A stretch of 64,000 nt of DNA. Origin: a virus. Lineage: Duplodnaviria; Heunggongvirae; Uroviricota; Caudoviricetes. A program made the translations under genes and the position numbers. Numbering within the stretch: the first letter of the stretch is position 1; the number at the start of each line of letters is the position of its first letter. A model generated the notes under the pieces. That model did not search any database and was not told the DNA's origin. It saw only the letters and a program-made list of their open reading frames with translations. Positions 26,688-35,542 of this stretch are shown here, in pieces. Where the stretch lies: IMG/VR virus record IMGVR_UViG_3300026097_000001, one strand, 5' to 3'.

Positions 26688-27818
26688 TCACATTCCCAAC
26701 CATTCTGCTGTTTTATCCCACTTTGTGTTGTTGCTTACGCTGTCACGAACAATCTTAATCATAAATTCACGCAAGTCAATACCATCAAGCATCTTAAAGA
26801 TAATAGGTGCATCCATTTTGTTTTCCAGCGTAGGAATAAACTCCAATGCAATGCGCTTACGGTCTTCACCATAGTTCGTCTTAGCTTCAAGGAACCGAAG
26901 CATTAGGTTCTCTTCTGTGCGTTTAAACGCTTCCCAGAAACGAATTTCAAAGTCACGAACTTTAGCAATCTCCTTCTCTGGCAACAGTGGAACAATATCA
27001 TCAACTTCTTCATTGATAATCAAGTCAACAATGTTGCGGTCAAAGCGAATGCGATCCATGCATTTATGAATACGAACATACCAATCGTTTTTGATTTTAA
27101 CCATGTGGCCATCAGTAAAGCGAATGATATCACCTTCACGTGACTCTTGCTTACGAGCAATATCCATGTAGTCATTTAAACCAAGTTCAAGAGAACCATA
27201 CTGAGGCACTGTTGGAAATGGACATGATTTGTCCATTACATATGCGCCCGTAACATTGTCACGAGTACCAAGATACACCAATTCAGGTTCGTTGTAGTCC
27301 AACACGATTTGGTTGTCTGGGCTAATCCACTCAAATAATGGAGTAACGCCATCTTTAACGCACTTCATGAGCCATTCTTTTTTCTCGTAAGACTGAGTTA
27401 CCAAAAACTCCTCAGCCTGCATCGCAACAGTAGTTACCCCCATCTTAGTACCAAGGCGCAAGTATCCATCAACAAGCAATGGGCGGATCATTGAACCATC
27501 CATTTTTTCCATGATAGTGTGTCCAACACTCAAGTCAATAGCATGACTCTGGGTCTCTTCGCGTTCACCGACATTAAAGAACTTGTGGAATGGGCGAGAC
27601 ATTAGATTACCATCAAGGTCAAAGATAAGACCGCGACACTCACGACGAATTGCTCCACCAAGATCATCTGGACCTTCCATGTCAAAAGTGTCTTGCATAG
27701 CAACCACATAGTTAATCACTGTGCCGTAGTCGCGTTCTGCAACTACAAACTCTTTGCGACCTTCAATATGAGGCAGGACATCGTCAATGTGACGGATAGT
27801 TGGAAATACATAGTTCAT
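26688..27818 (-). CDS. rnlA: RNA ligase 1 (T4 RnlA-like)
   Basis: 376 aa; nucleotidyltransferase motif I EKMDGSMIRP (KxDG) and HMVKIKNDWYVRIH matching T4 Rnl1. Confidence 0.7.
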   Translation of the reverse strand: MNYVFPTIRHIDDVLPHIEGRKEFVVAERDYGTVINYVVAMQDTFDMEGPDDLGGAIRRECRGLIFDLDGNLMSRPFHKFFNVGEREETQSHAIDLSVGHTIMEKMDGSMIRPLLVDGYLRLGTKMGVTTVAMQAEEFLVTQSYEKKEWLMKCVKDGVTPLFEWISPDNQIVLDYNEPELVYLGTRDNVTGAYVMDKSCPFPTVPQYGSLELGLNDYMDIARKQESREGDIIRFTDGHMVKIKNDWYVRIHKCMDRIRFDRNIVDLIINEEVDDIVPLLPEKEIAKVRDFEIRFWEAFKRTEENLMLRFLEAKTNYGEDRKRIALEFIPTLENKMDAPIIFKMLDGIDLREFMIKIVRDSVSNNTKWDKTAEWLGM

Positions 27819-28036
27819 TATTCTTCCTCTACTTCAAAACCTTGGGCGAACATCAACAATTCAGTTGCTACTGCCAATGCTTCTTCACGAGTAAACTGCA
27901 TCATATCAAACATATTTGAGGGATCACTTGACCGACCTTTGCGTGTCAATTGAACGCATGGACCACGGTCTTTACCGCCAAAGAAACGAGTTTGTGTTAC
28001 GTTTGTGTTTGGAACATTTCTCAATTGCGTTGACAT
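27818..28036 (-). CDS. hypothetical protein
   Basis: 72-aa ORF behind an early promoter. Confidence 0.35.
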   Translation of the reverse strand: MSTQLRNVPNTNVTQTRFFGGKDRGPCVQLTRKGRSSDPSNMFDMMQFTREEALAVATELLMFAQGFEVEEE

Positions 28037-28060
28037 AGTGTATCTCCTTTTGATATAATT

Positions 28061-28089
28061 AATATACTATAAGGAGATACGAATGTCAA
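28061..28089 (-). promoter_or_regulatory. early promoter cassette (TTGACA-17-TATATT)
   Basis: Upstream of 27818..28036, with the conserved leader ttttgatataat. Confidence 0.55.
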
Positions 28090-28108
28090 CAGTTAATTTC
28101 AATTAATT

Positions 28109-28366
28109 TCATTTTTTATGGTCCTTGTAATCAACAGCATCAGCCATCTTTGCTACACGCACTAGGTTGTTTGCCCAACTGCCGCTAACAGTAATATAAT
28201 ACAATTCGTGTATGTGCTCAATGCGTTTTTCATACTCAAAGTTAAAATCTACTTCATCTGCCATCAATAGATCAATAAATTTTTTAATTTGATCTTTGTG
28301 ATGATAGTAGAATTCAAGTTCCCAAGTGCAGATGCTTGCTCTACCGTTTACTACTGGCTTGTTCAT
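28109..28366 (-). CDS. hypothetical protein
   Basis: 85-aa ORF. Confidence 0.35.
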   Translation of the reverse strand: MNKPVVNGRASICTWELEFYYHHKDQIKKFIDLLMADEVDFNFEYEKRIEHIHELYYITVSGSWANNLVRVAKMADAVDYKDHKK

Positions 28367-28386
28367 TTGAACTTTCCTATCTTATT

Positions 28387-28626
28387 TTATTTTCTTACCT
28401 TTGTCCACGGGGTTGACCAAGTCATGCACACCCACCACAAACACAGTGCTACATGAGGTCCATCATAATACATATATTCGTATCCAAGAAATCTATTTTC
28501 TCGCTTTTCAATGCGGTCGAACCAATAGAAGTAATAGAAGTATGTGTTACTGCCGAGCGTTTTTTCAGATTGCCACCATTCGATGCCATTCCATCGCAGT
28601 TTAAACTTAAAGGGATACTGTTTCAT
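28387..28626 (-). CDS. hypothetical Trp-rich protein (start trimmed to the internal Met)
   Basis: The track ORF 28387..28677 overlaps 28607..28873; the internal start MKQYPF at ~28626 removes most of the overlap. Confidence 0.3.
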   Translation of the reverse strand: MKQYPFKFKLRWNGIEWWQSEKTLGSNTYFYYFYWFDRIEKRENRFLGYEYMYYDGPHVALCLWWVCMTWSTPWTKVRK

Positions 28627-28873
28627 CTGGTGCCTTTCCACACTTACATTCGTAGATAGTTTCAATAACAGGTTCACAGAACCTTATATTATTTTCGAGC
28701 CTCCAGTATTTTCCGAATGGAATACCAAACAACCGCCGCTGTACTTGACGGTAATGAAGCGGCGGGTTGTATTCATCTGGTCCGCCTGTCACTTTTTTAC
28801 AAAGACCGGTTAGTTCAACAGGTGCCCAATAAGTGCCATAATCTCCGTATTTTTGTTCGTAAGCTTGTTTCAT
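28607..28873 (-). CDS. hypothetical Cys-containing protein
   Basis: 88-aa ORF. Confidence 0.3.
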   Translation of the reverse strand: MKQAYEQKYGDYGTYWAPVELTGLCKKVTGGPDEYNPPLHYRQVQRRLFGIPFGKYWRLENNIRFCEPVIETIYECKCGKAPDETVSL

Positions 28874-29403
28874 TCTGACTCTCCGTTGTCAACCCCAATC
28901 AAAGCACCATGCATATTGTAGAAGCTAATCATATCAAAGCCTTCGTCAATTGTGGGAATAGCATAGCTTTCAATCATATTTGCCATAATGTGGTTAGGAA
29001 TATTCTTACCAGGACGATTCTCAAGACGATACTTCCAATCTTTTTGATCTGAAATATGTGCAGGTTCAGGTGGAACAATGCACTCACACCGAACTTGATA
29101 GCCGGCTTGCTTCATCCGATTGATAATCTTTTTACGCTTCTTAACACCTAGATTGGTTTGATCCCAGATAATATCTTTCTTAAGCCGCATCATCGTGATA
29201 ACTTTTTCTTCATTAAACTCAGTAGCAGCTTTGATGTTACTTTCAAACGCTTCGTTGTAGGTGATGCCATTATCTTCAGCCATGGACTCAATATACATGT
29301 CTGTGCTGTAGATCCAAGTGTCTGGTTTATACATGCCTTTGATAAGGGTAGATTTACCAGTAGCAGGCAATCCTACCATTACATAACAAATTGGTTCAGA
29401 CAT
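28870..29403 (-). CDS. pnk: polynucleotide 5'-kinase domain protein (T4 Pnk N-terminal half)
   Basis: 177 aa; Walker A MVGLPATGKSTLIK and overall similarity to the T4 Pnk kinase domain. Confidence 0.65.
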   Translation of the reverse strand: MSEPICYVMVGLPATGKSTLIKGMYKPDTWIYSTDMYIESMAEDNGITYNEAFESNIKAATEFNEEKVITMMRLKKDIIWDQTNLGVKKRKKIINRMKQAGYQVRCECIVPPEPAHISDQKDWKYRLENRPGKNIPNHIMANMIESYAIPTIDEGFDMISFYNMHGALIGVDNGESE

Positions 29404-29806
29404 GATATTTCACTTTCACGATTTCTGTTGCTTTTCTTTGAGCCTCTGCTTCTGCGTCTTTAAGTTTTTGCTGCAATACAAAACTTTTAGCTTCTTTGAG
29501 TGTTGACCTTTTAACATGTTTGGGGTAACGATAACCGCTTAGCAATTCTGTAACAGGCTCCCACCGATCTAAAAGGAAACGTTTGTATTCAACATAGAAC
29601 GTTCGGTTTCCATTGCGCAATGTTTCTTCACGAATTCTGTATTTTATAGCCATAATATTAACCTCTTGAAGCACTAGCGGCGATGCCAAGAGCAACCCAA
29701 CCAACAATATCGGTAACATCTTTACCCATAAAATAAGCAATTGTATATACCACGCATACCGCAAAGGCAACGTAAATAAAGTCTCTAATAAGATTTTCCA
29801 TATCAA
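29396..29806 (-). CDS. membrane protein
   Basis: 136 aa; two N-terminal TM helices then a basic domain; sits between the two Pnk halves. Confidence 0.4.
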   Translation of the reverse strand: MIWKILLETLFTLPLRYAWYIQLLILWVKMLPILLVGLLLASPLVLQEVNIMAIKYRIREETLRNGNRTFYVEYKRFLLDRWEPVTELLSGYRYPKHVKRSTLKEAKSFVLQQKLKDAEAEAQRKATEIVKVKYHV

Positions 29807-30000
29807 TCACACCGAATAAAGTTAAGGGTTTCAGAGTCAATACGAGGAGCCATGTATCCGACAGACCCCCACCTACGTATCAAATACTCAACACCATCAA
29901 TACAGTCTACCTTATAATCTCTGCCACCGTTGCTTTCGGTATCGCCTTTGCAACCAGTTAGCAACACAATCAAAGGTACTGCAATAATAAATTTCCACAT
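29803..30000 (-). CDS. small lipoprotein
   Basis: 65 aa; signal peptide with lipobox LLTGC. Confidence 0.4.
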   Translation of the reverse strand: MWKFIIAVPLIVLLTGCKGDTESNGGRDYKVDCIDGVEYLIRRWGSVGYMAPRIDSETLNFIRCD

Positions 30001-30155
30001 TAGATTAACTTTCTCAGTTCATTTGGATCACGGTTGATGATTGCTGCTAAACTATCAACAGCATCTGCAATATAAATTCCGCCCCACATCATGTTAGGGT
30101 CGTGTTTCTCCGCCCAAAGGAGGAAAAACACAAGATTTGCGAGATGTTCGGTCAT
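30000..30155 (-). CDS. possible 51-aa protein (not in the ORF track)
   Basis: ATG overlaps the TGA of the phosphatase gene (ATGA) and its TAA overlaps the lipoprotein ATG (TAATG). Confidence 0.25.
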   Translation of the reverse strand: MTEHLANLVFFLLWAEKHDPNMMWGGIYIADAVDSLAAIINRDPNELRKLI

Positions 30156-30619
30156 CAGAAGTCCTCCTTGCCTTGGTATACATCAAACACAAAGATGCCA
30201 GCGTCACGCCACATATTCACAACACGTGGTCGGTCATCAAATACCATGTCAGGCTTTTTACCGTAGTCAGCGATGATCTCATCTAGGATTTCCTGCTTCA
30301 CGATGTCATCGCCACGGAAGTCATCTGCCTTACGCATGTAGAGTTTCTGATAGCCTCGAATATGATTATCCCACAACCAATCCTCAGTTGCTTTGCGACT
30401 ACGCTCATTGCGACCGCTTGCAAGAACAATATCATTCCGAAACATCATACTCGTGAACACTTCTTTAACTTGTTCGTTCACTTTATCGTTTGGAATACCA
30501 GCGTCAAACGCTTTCCAATTCTTTGGCTTACTGCGAACATAATCAAGACGATGTTCGATATTGGCAAGTGTGCCATCAATATCAAAAACTACTAGCATTT
30601 TCTTCTTCCCATACTTCAT
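30155..30619 (-). CDS. pnk: polynucleotide 3'-phosphatase domain protein (T4 Pnk C-terminal HAD half)
   Basis: 154 aa; LVVFDIDGTLA (DxDGT motif I) and overall similarity to the T4 Pnk phosphatase domain. Confidence 0.65.
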   Translation of the reverse strand: MKYGKKKMLVVFDIDGTLANIEHRLDYVRSKPKNWKAFDAGIPNDKVNEQVKEVFTSMMFRNDIVLASGRNERSRKATEDWLWDNHIRGYQKLYMRKADDFRGDDIVKQEILDEIIADYGKKPDMVFDDRPRVVNMWRDAGIFVFDVYQGKEDF

Positions 30620-30742
30620 TCAAATATTGCACTTCACAGTCAAACTGAGCTGGAGATAAAAGTCCAGCTTCTAGTTCTTCCTCAAGTTCTTCCATTGCTT
30701 TATCATATTGTGCTTCGGTCATAATGTATCCTTTCTGAATCT

Positions 30743-30771
30743 ATACTATACTAATTCTAAACGAATGTCAA
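30743..30771 (-). promoter_or_regulatory. early promoter cassette (TTGACA-17-TAGTAT)
   Basis: The TGA of the Toprim gene lies inside the -35; upstream of the Pnk operon. Confidence 0.5.
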
Positions 30772-31292
30772 CCATTTTCTTCAATTAGTTTTAAAACATA
30801 TTCATCGGAAGCATCACCAAGATCATTGTAACCTTCTACTGTGACGAAAGAATTACCCAAACGACGCAACCTACGCCCAGCACTATCATCATCGCAAATA
30901 GAAACGACAGGGCGAGACTTTCTAACACTCCACAACCACCTTGCCGTGCTAGGTTGAACATCATTACCAAAGACAGCAATTGCGCTATAACCAAAGGCAG
31001 TAATTCTACAGGCATCAAATATTCCTTCTGTTACAAATAATGTGTTTGATAAGTTCCAACTTTCTAATCCCCAAATCCCAACTCTACCATCCTTAACTCG
31101 AGTGAAATAGCGGCCTTCTAGAGGGTTGTTGTTCTTTTCTTTGGTAGCCGAAGGCCGATATTGTTGATACCCTACCAGCTGTCCAGAAAGGTTCCAAATA
31201 GGGAATACAGCAACACCTTCACTTTCATTAAGCCATACACGATGAAGATCGGTATCAAGCTTTCGAGTGTGAAGGTGTTGTAACAGTGTCAT
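30768..31292 (-). CDS. Toprim-domain protein
   Basis: 174 aa; TEGIFDA (catalytic Glu) and ICDDDSAG (DxD) of the Toprim fold; separate from the primase at 45032. Confidence 0.5.
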   Translation of the reverse strand: MTLLQHLHTRKLDTDLHRVWLNESEGVAVFPIWNLSGQLVGYQQYRPSATKEKNNNPLEGRYFTRVKDGRVGIWGLESWNLSNTLFVTEGIFDACRITAFGYSAIAVFGNDVQPSTARWLWSVRKSRPVVSICDDDSAGRRLRRLGNSFVTVEGYNDLGDASDEYVLKLIEENG

Positions 31293-31483
31293 TTTACATG
31301 CCTCATTATAACTTCATCATTACGCCCGAAAAGAGTAACAACGTTTGATGCTACACGTGGAGCTAAGACTTTCACACGATACCAATTCAATGCTTCGCAA
31401 AAAGTATCAACATTAGTTGAACCCCATTCGCCAGTCTCTGGAAATATGTGATGAACTTTATACATTGTTCCGTTTTCTTTCAT
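31289..31483 (-). CDS. hypothetical protein
   Basis: 64-aa ORF behind an early promoter. Confidence 0.35.
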   Translation of the reverse strand: MKENGTMYKVHHIFPETGEWGSTNVDTFCEALNWYRVKVLAPRVASNVVTLFGRNDEVIMRHVK

Positions 31484-31496
31484 TCTTTATAGAATC

Positions 31497-31525
31497 AGTA
31501 TAAACTATTTTTAAACGAATGTCAA
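31497..31525 (-). promoter_or_regulatory. early promoter cassette (TTGACA-17-TATACT)
   Basis: Immediately downstream of the terminator at 31524-31556; upstream of 31289..31483. Confidence 0.5.
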
Positions 31526-31556
31526 CCAAAAAGGGCACCCAAAGATGCCCCCTTTC
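31524..31556 (-). terminator. rho-independent terminator
   Basis: Minus strand AAGGGGGCA-loop-TGCCCTT followed by TTTTTGG; directly after the SPFH gene. Confidence 0.5.
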
Positions 31557-31573
31557 TTAATATGTGATTTAGT

Positions 31574-32422
31574 TTACTTTACGCTAACGAAAGGTACCGC
31601 TGCACTAGGAACCATTGTTGTTGGAAGTTTACCATCCCAACGTTCTGCACTTACAAGATCAATCAAGCTTGGGTTATCCTTAAGAGCTTTACCTCGAGCA
31701 TTGATTGCTTCCGCCTCGGCATTACCTTTGAGAGTAATAGCTTCTGCTTCAGCCTTTGCTTGTGCGACCCTTGCTTTGGCTGTAGCTTCTGCCTGAATCA
31801 CTTTAATCTCAGCTTGAACCTTTTCACGTTCCGCGTTCTGACGAACCTTTTGAACTTCTACCTCAGCAAGCATGCGTTGTTCAATAGAGTTTTCATATGC
31901 ATCTGAAAAGTCAATGTTTTCAATTTGTACACTCTCGATAATAATAGGTCCGACTACTGCTTCCTGAATTCGCATTTGAACTTCTGCTACCAATCGTGAA
32001 CGATCTTGAATAGCTGTAACAGCATTGAATTGACCAAAGATATTCTTAGTCTCATCCATTACCTTACGATCCAAAAGTCGAGAGGCAAGTCCACCAACAC
32101 TACCATATTCCTCGTAAACTGTAGCAACTGCATCTGCTGGAACTCGGAAGTTTACCGATACTGTAAGACCAGCTGTTTGTTGGTCTCGCGAATATGCAAG
32201 AATATTCTCATACACCTTTGCCTGCGTTCGGACGTCAATGTCTACAACCTTTTCAATGATCGGCATCTTAAATCCAAGTCCGGGTTCAGCCGTGCCCGTA
32301 ATAGCACCGTTACGTAGCATTACGCCGCGTTCACCTTGGTCTACTGTGTACCAAGAACCGAGTAGTGCAGTGATACCAAAGATGGCAATAATAACTGCAA
32401 AAATAGCTACAACAGGTTTCAT
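31574..32422 (-). CDS. SPFH/band-7 (stomatin/HflC-like) membrane protein
   Basis: 282 aa; N-terminal TM then YTVDQGERGVMLRNG and SPFH-domain conservation; Ala/Glu-rich coiled-coil tail. Confidence 0.75.
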   Translation of the reverse strand: MKPVVAIFAVIIAIFGITALLGSWYTVDQGERGVMLRNGAITGTAEPGLGFKMPIIEKVVDIDVRTQAKVYENILAYSRDQQTAGLTVSVNFRVPADAVATVYEEYGSVGGLASRLLDRKVMDETKNIFGQFNAVTAIQDRSRLVAEVQMRIQEAVVGPIIIESVQIENIDFSDAYENSIEQRMLAEVEVQKVRQNAEREKVQAEIKVIQAEATAKARVAQAKAEAEAITLKGNAEAEAINARGKALKDNPSLIDLVSAERWDGKLPTTMVPSAAVPFVSVK

Positions 32423-32589
32423 TATTTAATTTCCTTTTCATTTTCAGTTGTGTTGTTGTTTACTTTGTCACCTTTATAGGTGTATTTTTCTTGCTGTTGT
32501 TTAAATGTAATATTGGTCAATAGCCAATAGATACCAAAGCCAAGAATGCTTCCCATTACAAGAAGGCCAATTAGTGCTAGTCCCATCAT
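32423..32589 (-). CDS. 55-aa single-pass membrane protein (not in the ORF track), candidate SPFH partner
   Basis: MMGLALIGLLVMGSILGFGIYWLL then a charged tail; its TAA overlaps the SPFH ATG (TAATG) and its ATG overlaps the upstream TGA. Confidence 0.35.
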
Positions 32590-32903
32590 TTCATTTTGCT
32601 TTCTGTCTTTTCGCCTTTTTCAAAGCACTGCATACCCATATAAGGTGCTGATGTGCTGCTACCGATAGCTACTGAGCATACAACATTTGGATTTGTCTCT
32701 GATACCCATTCGTATACACGGAAGTCATAACCATATGCTTCTACTTTAAAAGCATTACTTTCTTTCACTGGCCAATCAGATGTTGCCACCATATCGAACA
32801 AACCAGCTGATGCTGTGGTTGTTATAAGTGCGAGTGCTAGAGTGGCCATTGTTAGTTTCTTAATCATTAATAATATCCTTTGCAATCTTGGCCAGCTCTT
32901 CAA
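32586..32903 (-). CDS. secreted protein
   Basis: 105 aa; cleavable signal peptide TLALALITTTASA. Confidence 0.4.
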   Translation of the reverse strand: MKSWPRLQRILLMIKKLTMATLALALITTTASAGLFDMVATSDWPVKESNAFKVEAYGYDFRVYEWVSETNPNVVCSVAIGSSTSAPYMGMQCFEKGEKTESKMK

Positions 32904-33411
32904 TATGAACTGGACGGTAATTAGTTTGTTCTACACATACACAGTGGTATGGTCCTTTTGGTGACTTATTTTGGTGAATATGACCATGCACGTTTAGCAT
33001 TTTCTTATCACCTTTTGCACCACGCATTAACGAACTTTCATGTAGAGGAACATGACTCATAATAATACCAAGCTCAGAAAAGATCCTCCACATTTGTACT
33101 TTTTGAAAAAAGCCACCTGACGATAGAAATTTAATATCATCGTGGTTACCAACAATTAAACGTTTGCTGCCCATTAATCGCGGCCATAAACTCTTAAACT
33201 TTTCTTTATCACCAAAGAATACATCTCCTAAGTGATAGACCTTATCACCAGGCCGAACAACTTCGTTCCATCTTTGGATCATAGTTTCATCCATCTCTTG
33301 AGAGTCACTAAATTCTGGGCGGACAGGTTTGCCTGTTTTACTATCTAGAAAGTTGAGTATATTACTATGGCTGAAGTGAGTATCACTGATTACCCATATG
33401 TTTTTACTCAT
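32860..33411 (-). CDS. calcineurin-like metallophosphoesterase
   Basis: 183 aa with ISDTHFSH, GDKVYHLGD, GNHD and GHIH metal-binding motifs. Confidence 0.7.
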   Translation of the reverse strand: MSKNIWVISDTHFSHSNILNFLDSKTGKPVRPEFSDSQEMDETMIQRWNEVVRPGDKVYHLGDVFFGDKEKFKSLWPRLMGSKRLIVGNHDDIKFLSSGGFFQKVQMWRIFSELGIIMSHVPLHESSLMRGAKGDKKMLNVHGHIHQNKSPKGPYHCVCVEQTNYRPVHIEELAKIAKDIIND

Positions 33412-33595
33412 TCATAATCTCCATGCATTTAATCTTTGCTTTATCTGATTCCATTCTATTACAAACTTCCCAGTCTGTCAACCCAAAAAATATACTCCAG
33501 ACAACATAAATTGCAAGTAGTGTTGCTGACCCTACTGCAATAACAAAAGCCCAGAACAAACCAGTAAGAGCACCCCAGGGATCACCGCTCAACAT
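33404..33595 (-). CDS. small membrane protein
   Basis: 63 aa, two TM helices. Confidence 0.35.
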   Translation of the reverse strand: MLSGDPWGALTGLFWAFVIAVGSATLLAIYVVWSIFFGLTDWEVCNRMESDKAKIKCMEIMNE

Positions 33596-33756
33596 TACTC
33601 ATTCCATATTCTCCAAAACTAAACATTGATTGTATTCAATCACGTATCCACAAGCACGAAGGAAGTTTTGAAACTCTTCAAGAACAGCATCCATTGACGC
33701 ATGATCTGACATTTCTATTTCAATCTTTGTACCATGACTGTGTTGGTGTGTAAACT

Positions 33757-34083
33757 TCATTTTATAATCCAATCCATTTTTGCCCAGTCAGTGTCTTCTG
33801 GCATCATTTCAACTTTATCACCATGTAGCTTTTGTAGTTGATCCCATATACCAGCATTATTCATTCTCAGCATGTAAGATTCTTTACCACAACTATAGCA
33901 AGAGCCAGTTGATCCATAAAACAGATAGTGCTCATCGCCTTCAAAGAAAGAAGTAATACCACTATTCATTCTCCAAGAGTTGCCAGTTGTGTATCCGCCT
34001 GACCAACCAGCCAGTACACGGTAATGCGGATCATCACCTTTGAATTTAATAATGACCCAATTGTCAGGATGATAGTTACTCAT
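33757..34083 (-). CDS. hypothetical protein
   Basis: 108-aa ORF. Confidence 0.35.
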   Translation of the reverse strand: MSNYHPDNWVIIKFKGDDPHYRVLAGWSGGYTTGNSWRMNSGITSFFEGDEHYLFYGSTGSCYSCGKESYMLRMNNAGIWDQLQKLHGDKVEMMPEDTDWAKMDWIIK

Positions 34084-34426
34084 TGTTGTAAGCCTTCAAA
34101 AAGTTTTCCATATAAGCACGAATATTTTCTGCTCCTACTGGATTTGCACTATGCACATTATAACCGAAGTCTTCGGGAATGTCAAGATCATTGTCCATGA
34201 TATAATTACAAAACCATTTAGCGAATCCATAGCCGTGATGATTGCTACCTGGGATCTCTCCAAGGTCGTGGTCAAATGCAATAAATTTTGGCAATCCATA
34301 TTGCTCTACAGCCCACACTGCATCATGATAACTGCGACAGATCACAACATTGCGGTATGGTCCATAGTCATAGCGCACATCCGCCGGAAAGCGGATGTCA
34401 TCTAAAAATAGTGTATAGTTATCCAC
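34076..34426 (-). CDS. hypothetical protein, possibly receiver-like fold
   Basis: 116 aa; LFLDDIRFP...FIAFDHDLGE pattern of acidic pockets. Confidence 0.3.
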   Translation of the reverse strand: MDNYTLFLDDIRFPADVRYDYGPYRNVVICRSYHDAVWAVEQYGLPKFIAFDHDLGEIPGSNHHGYGFAKWFCNYIMDNDLDIPEDFGYNVHSANPVGAENIRAYMENFLKAYNNE

Positions 34427-34617
34427 TACGATCCCTCATATTTTGCTTTAAGCCTAGCTAGTTCGGCTCTTTCTTCACGTTCTCTATCTTCCTTTAACCA
34501 TGCAATAGCCCGATCCAATTCATAACTACAAGACTTGTTCAGACAGGCAAACCCAACTGGGCCACAGTCAGATAGAGGTGTGTCACAACCTTTGCATAAT
34601 AGATCATCACTCATCAC
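34426..34617 (-). CDS. zinc-ribbon small protein
   Basis: 63 aa; CKGCDTPLSDC...CLNKSC. Confidence 0.3.
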   Translation of the reverse strand: MMSDDLLCKGCDTPLSDCGPVGFACLNKSCSYELDRAIAWLKEDREREERAELARLKAKYEGS

Positions 34618-34910
34618 GATCCCTCATAGCTAATAGTGCGACCAGTATCTTCATAAATCATTGACCAACCGCATCCATATGCAGGGACTACCTCTACGAA
34701 TTGTGGCATCTGATTATCATCTTTAGGCCCATGACCACCGGTCAAGAAATATGCACCACTCATTTCTGGTGTTGCGTGTTTAAAACGATTACGTTCACGT
34801 TCATAGATTTCAAGAGCTTTGCGCAGATTTTTCACTTCATTCTCAAGCATCTCGATACGAGCTTGAGGGGCAAGTTCTTTGATTTCTTCTACTGGAGATT
34901 TATCACTCAT
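34614..34910 (-). CDS. hypothetical protein
   Basis: 98-aa ORF. Confidence 0.35.
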   Translation of the reverse strand: MSDKSPVEEIKELAPQARIEMLENEVKNLRKALEIYERERNRFKHATPEMSGAYFLTGGHGPKDDNQMPQFVEVVPAYGCGWSMIYEDTGRTISYEGS

Positions 34911-35136
34911 CGTCTTGTCCTTTCAGTTCTGCCTCAAGTGCCTGAACCCGATTGTGAAGCTCAATGACGACCGCAAAAAGTGACGACATGGCGTCATATT
35001 GCTTATGCTCCACAGCGGGCAGTGTGTAGTTTTTGTCCATAAAGTGACAAGTTACTTCGTCTATTACATCTGGTTCCAAAGTGAACATTGGCTCAAACGT
35101 GTAGGCGTATTTTGATATATCCATTTCGTCACTCAT
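34903..35136 (-). CDS. hypothetical protein
   Basis: 77-aa ORF. Confidence 0.3.
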   Translation of the reverse strand: MSDEMDISKYAYTFEPMFTLEPDVIDEVTCHFMDKNYTLPAVEHKQYDAMSSLFAVVIELHNRVQALEAELKGQDDE

Positions 35137-35154
35137 CTTTTACTCCATATCCAA

Positions 35155-35373
35155 TCATTTGTTTTCCAATGGTTCGTAATATTTGTCTAAGGTTCCTTCG
35201 TGAACCATGTGCGACTTCTTCGAACCAACTTTACGTGTATTCCAGTGGCGATTACCACTCTTGCGATTGATTAGCTCTATCGTAACGGTAGAAGTCTTCG
35301 AGGTCAATACCATGCCTGGCTTGTATTTCACCTTACTGTTCATACCATCACTCACTGATACAGTTTCCCTCAA
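35155..35373 (-). CDS. hypothetical basic protein
   Basis: 72-aa ORF. Confidence 0.3.
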   Translation of the reverse strand: MRETVSVSDGMNSKVKYKPGMVLTSKTSTVTIELINRKSGNRHWNTRKVGSKKSHMVHEGTLDKYYEPLENK

Positions 35374-35542
35374 CTATTTGTTTACCAGCAGCAATACACT
35401 GTTCTTTCAGTCGTGAGCTGTATTCCATATCAATCATAATCAAATAACCAATACCCCACACACAAAAGGCGCAAAGGGCAAGAAAGCCCATTGTTGGTAC
35501 ATCAGATTTATGCATTTTCTTTCTCCACGAATTTGCCATCAA
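35348..35542 (-). CDS. small membrane protein
   Basis: 64 aa, one TM helix. Confidence 0.3.
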   Translation of the reverse strand: MMANSWRKKMHKSDVPTMGFLALCAFCVWGIGYLIMIDMEYSSRLKEQCIAAGKQIVEGNCISE

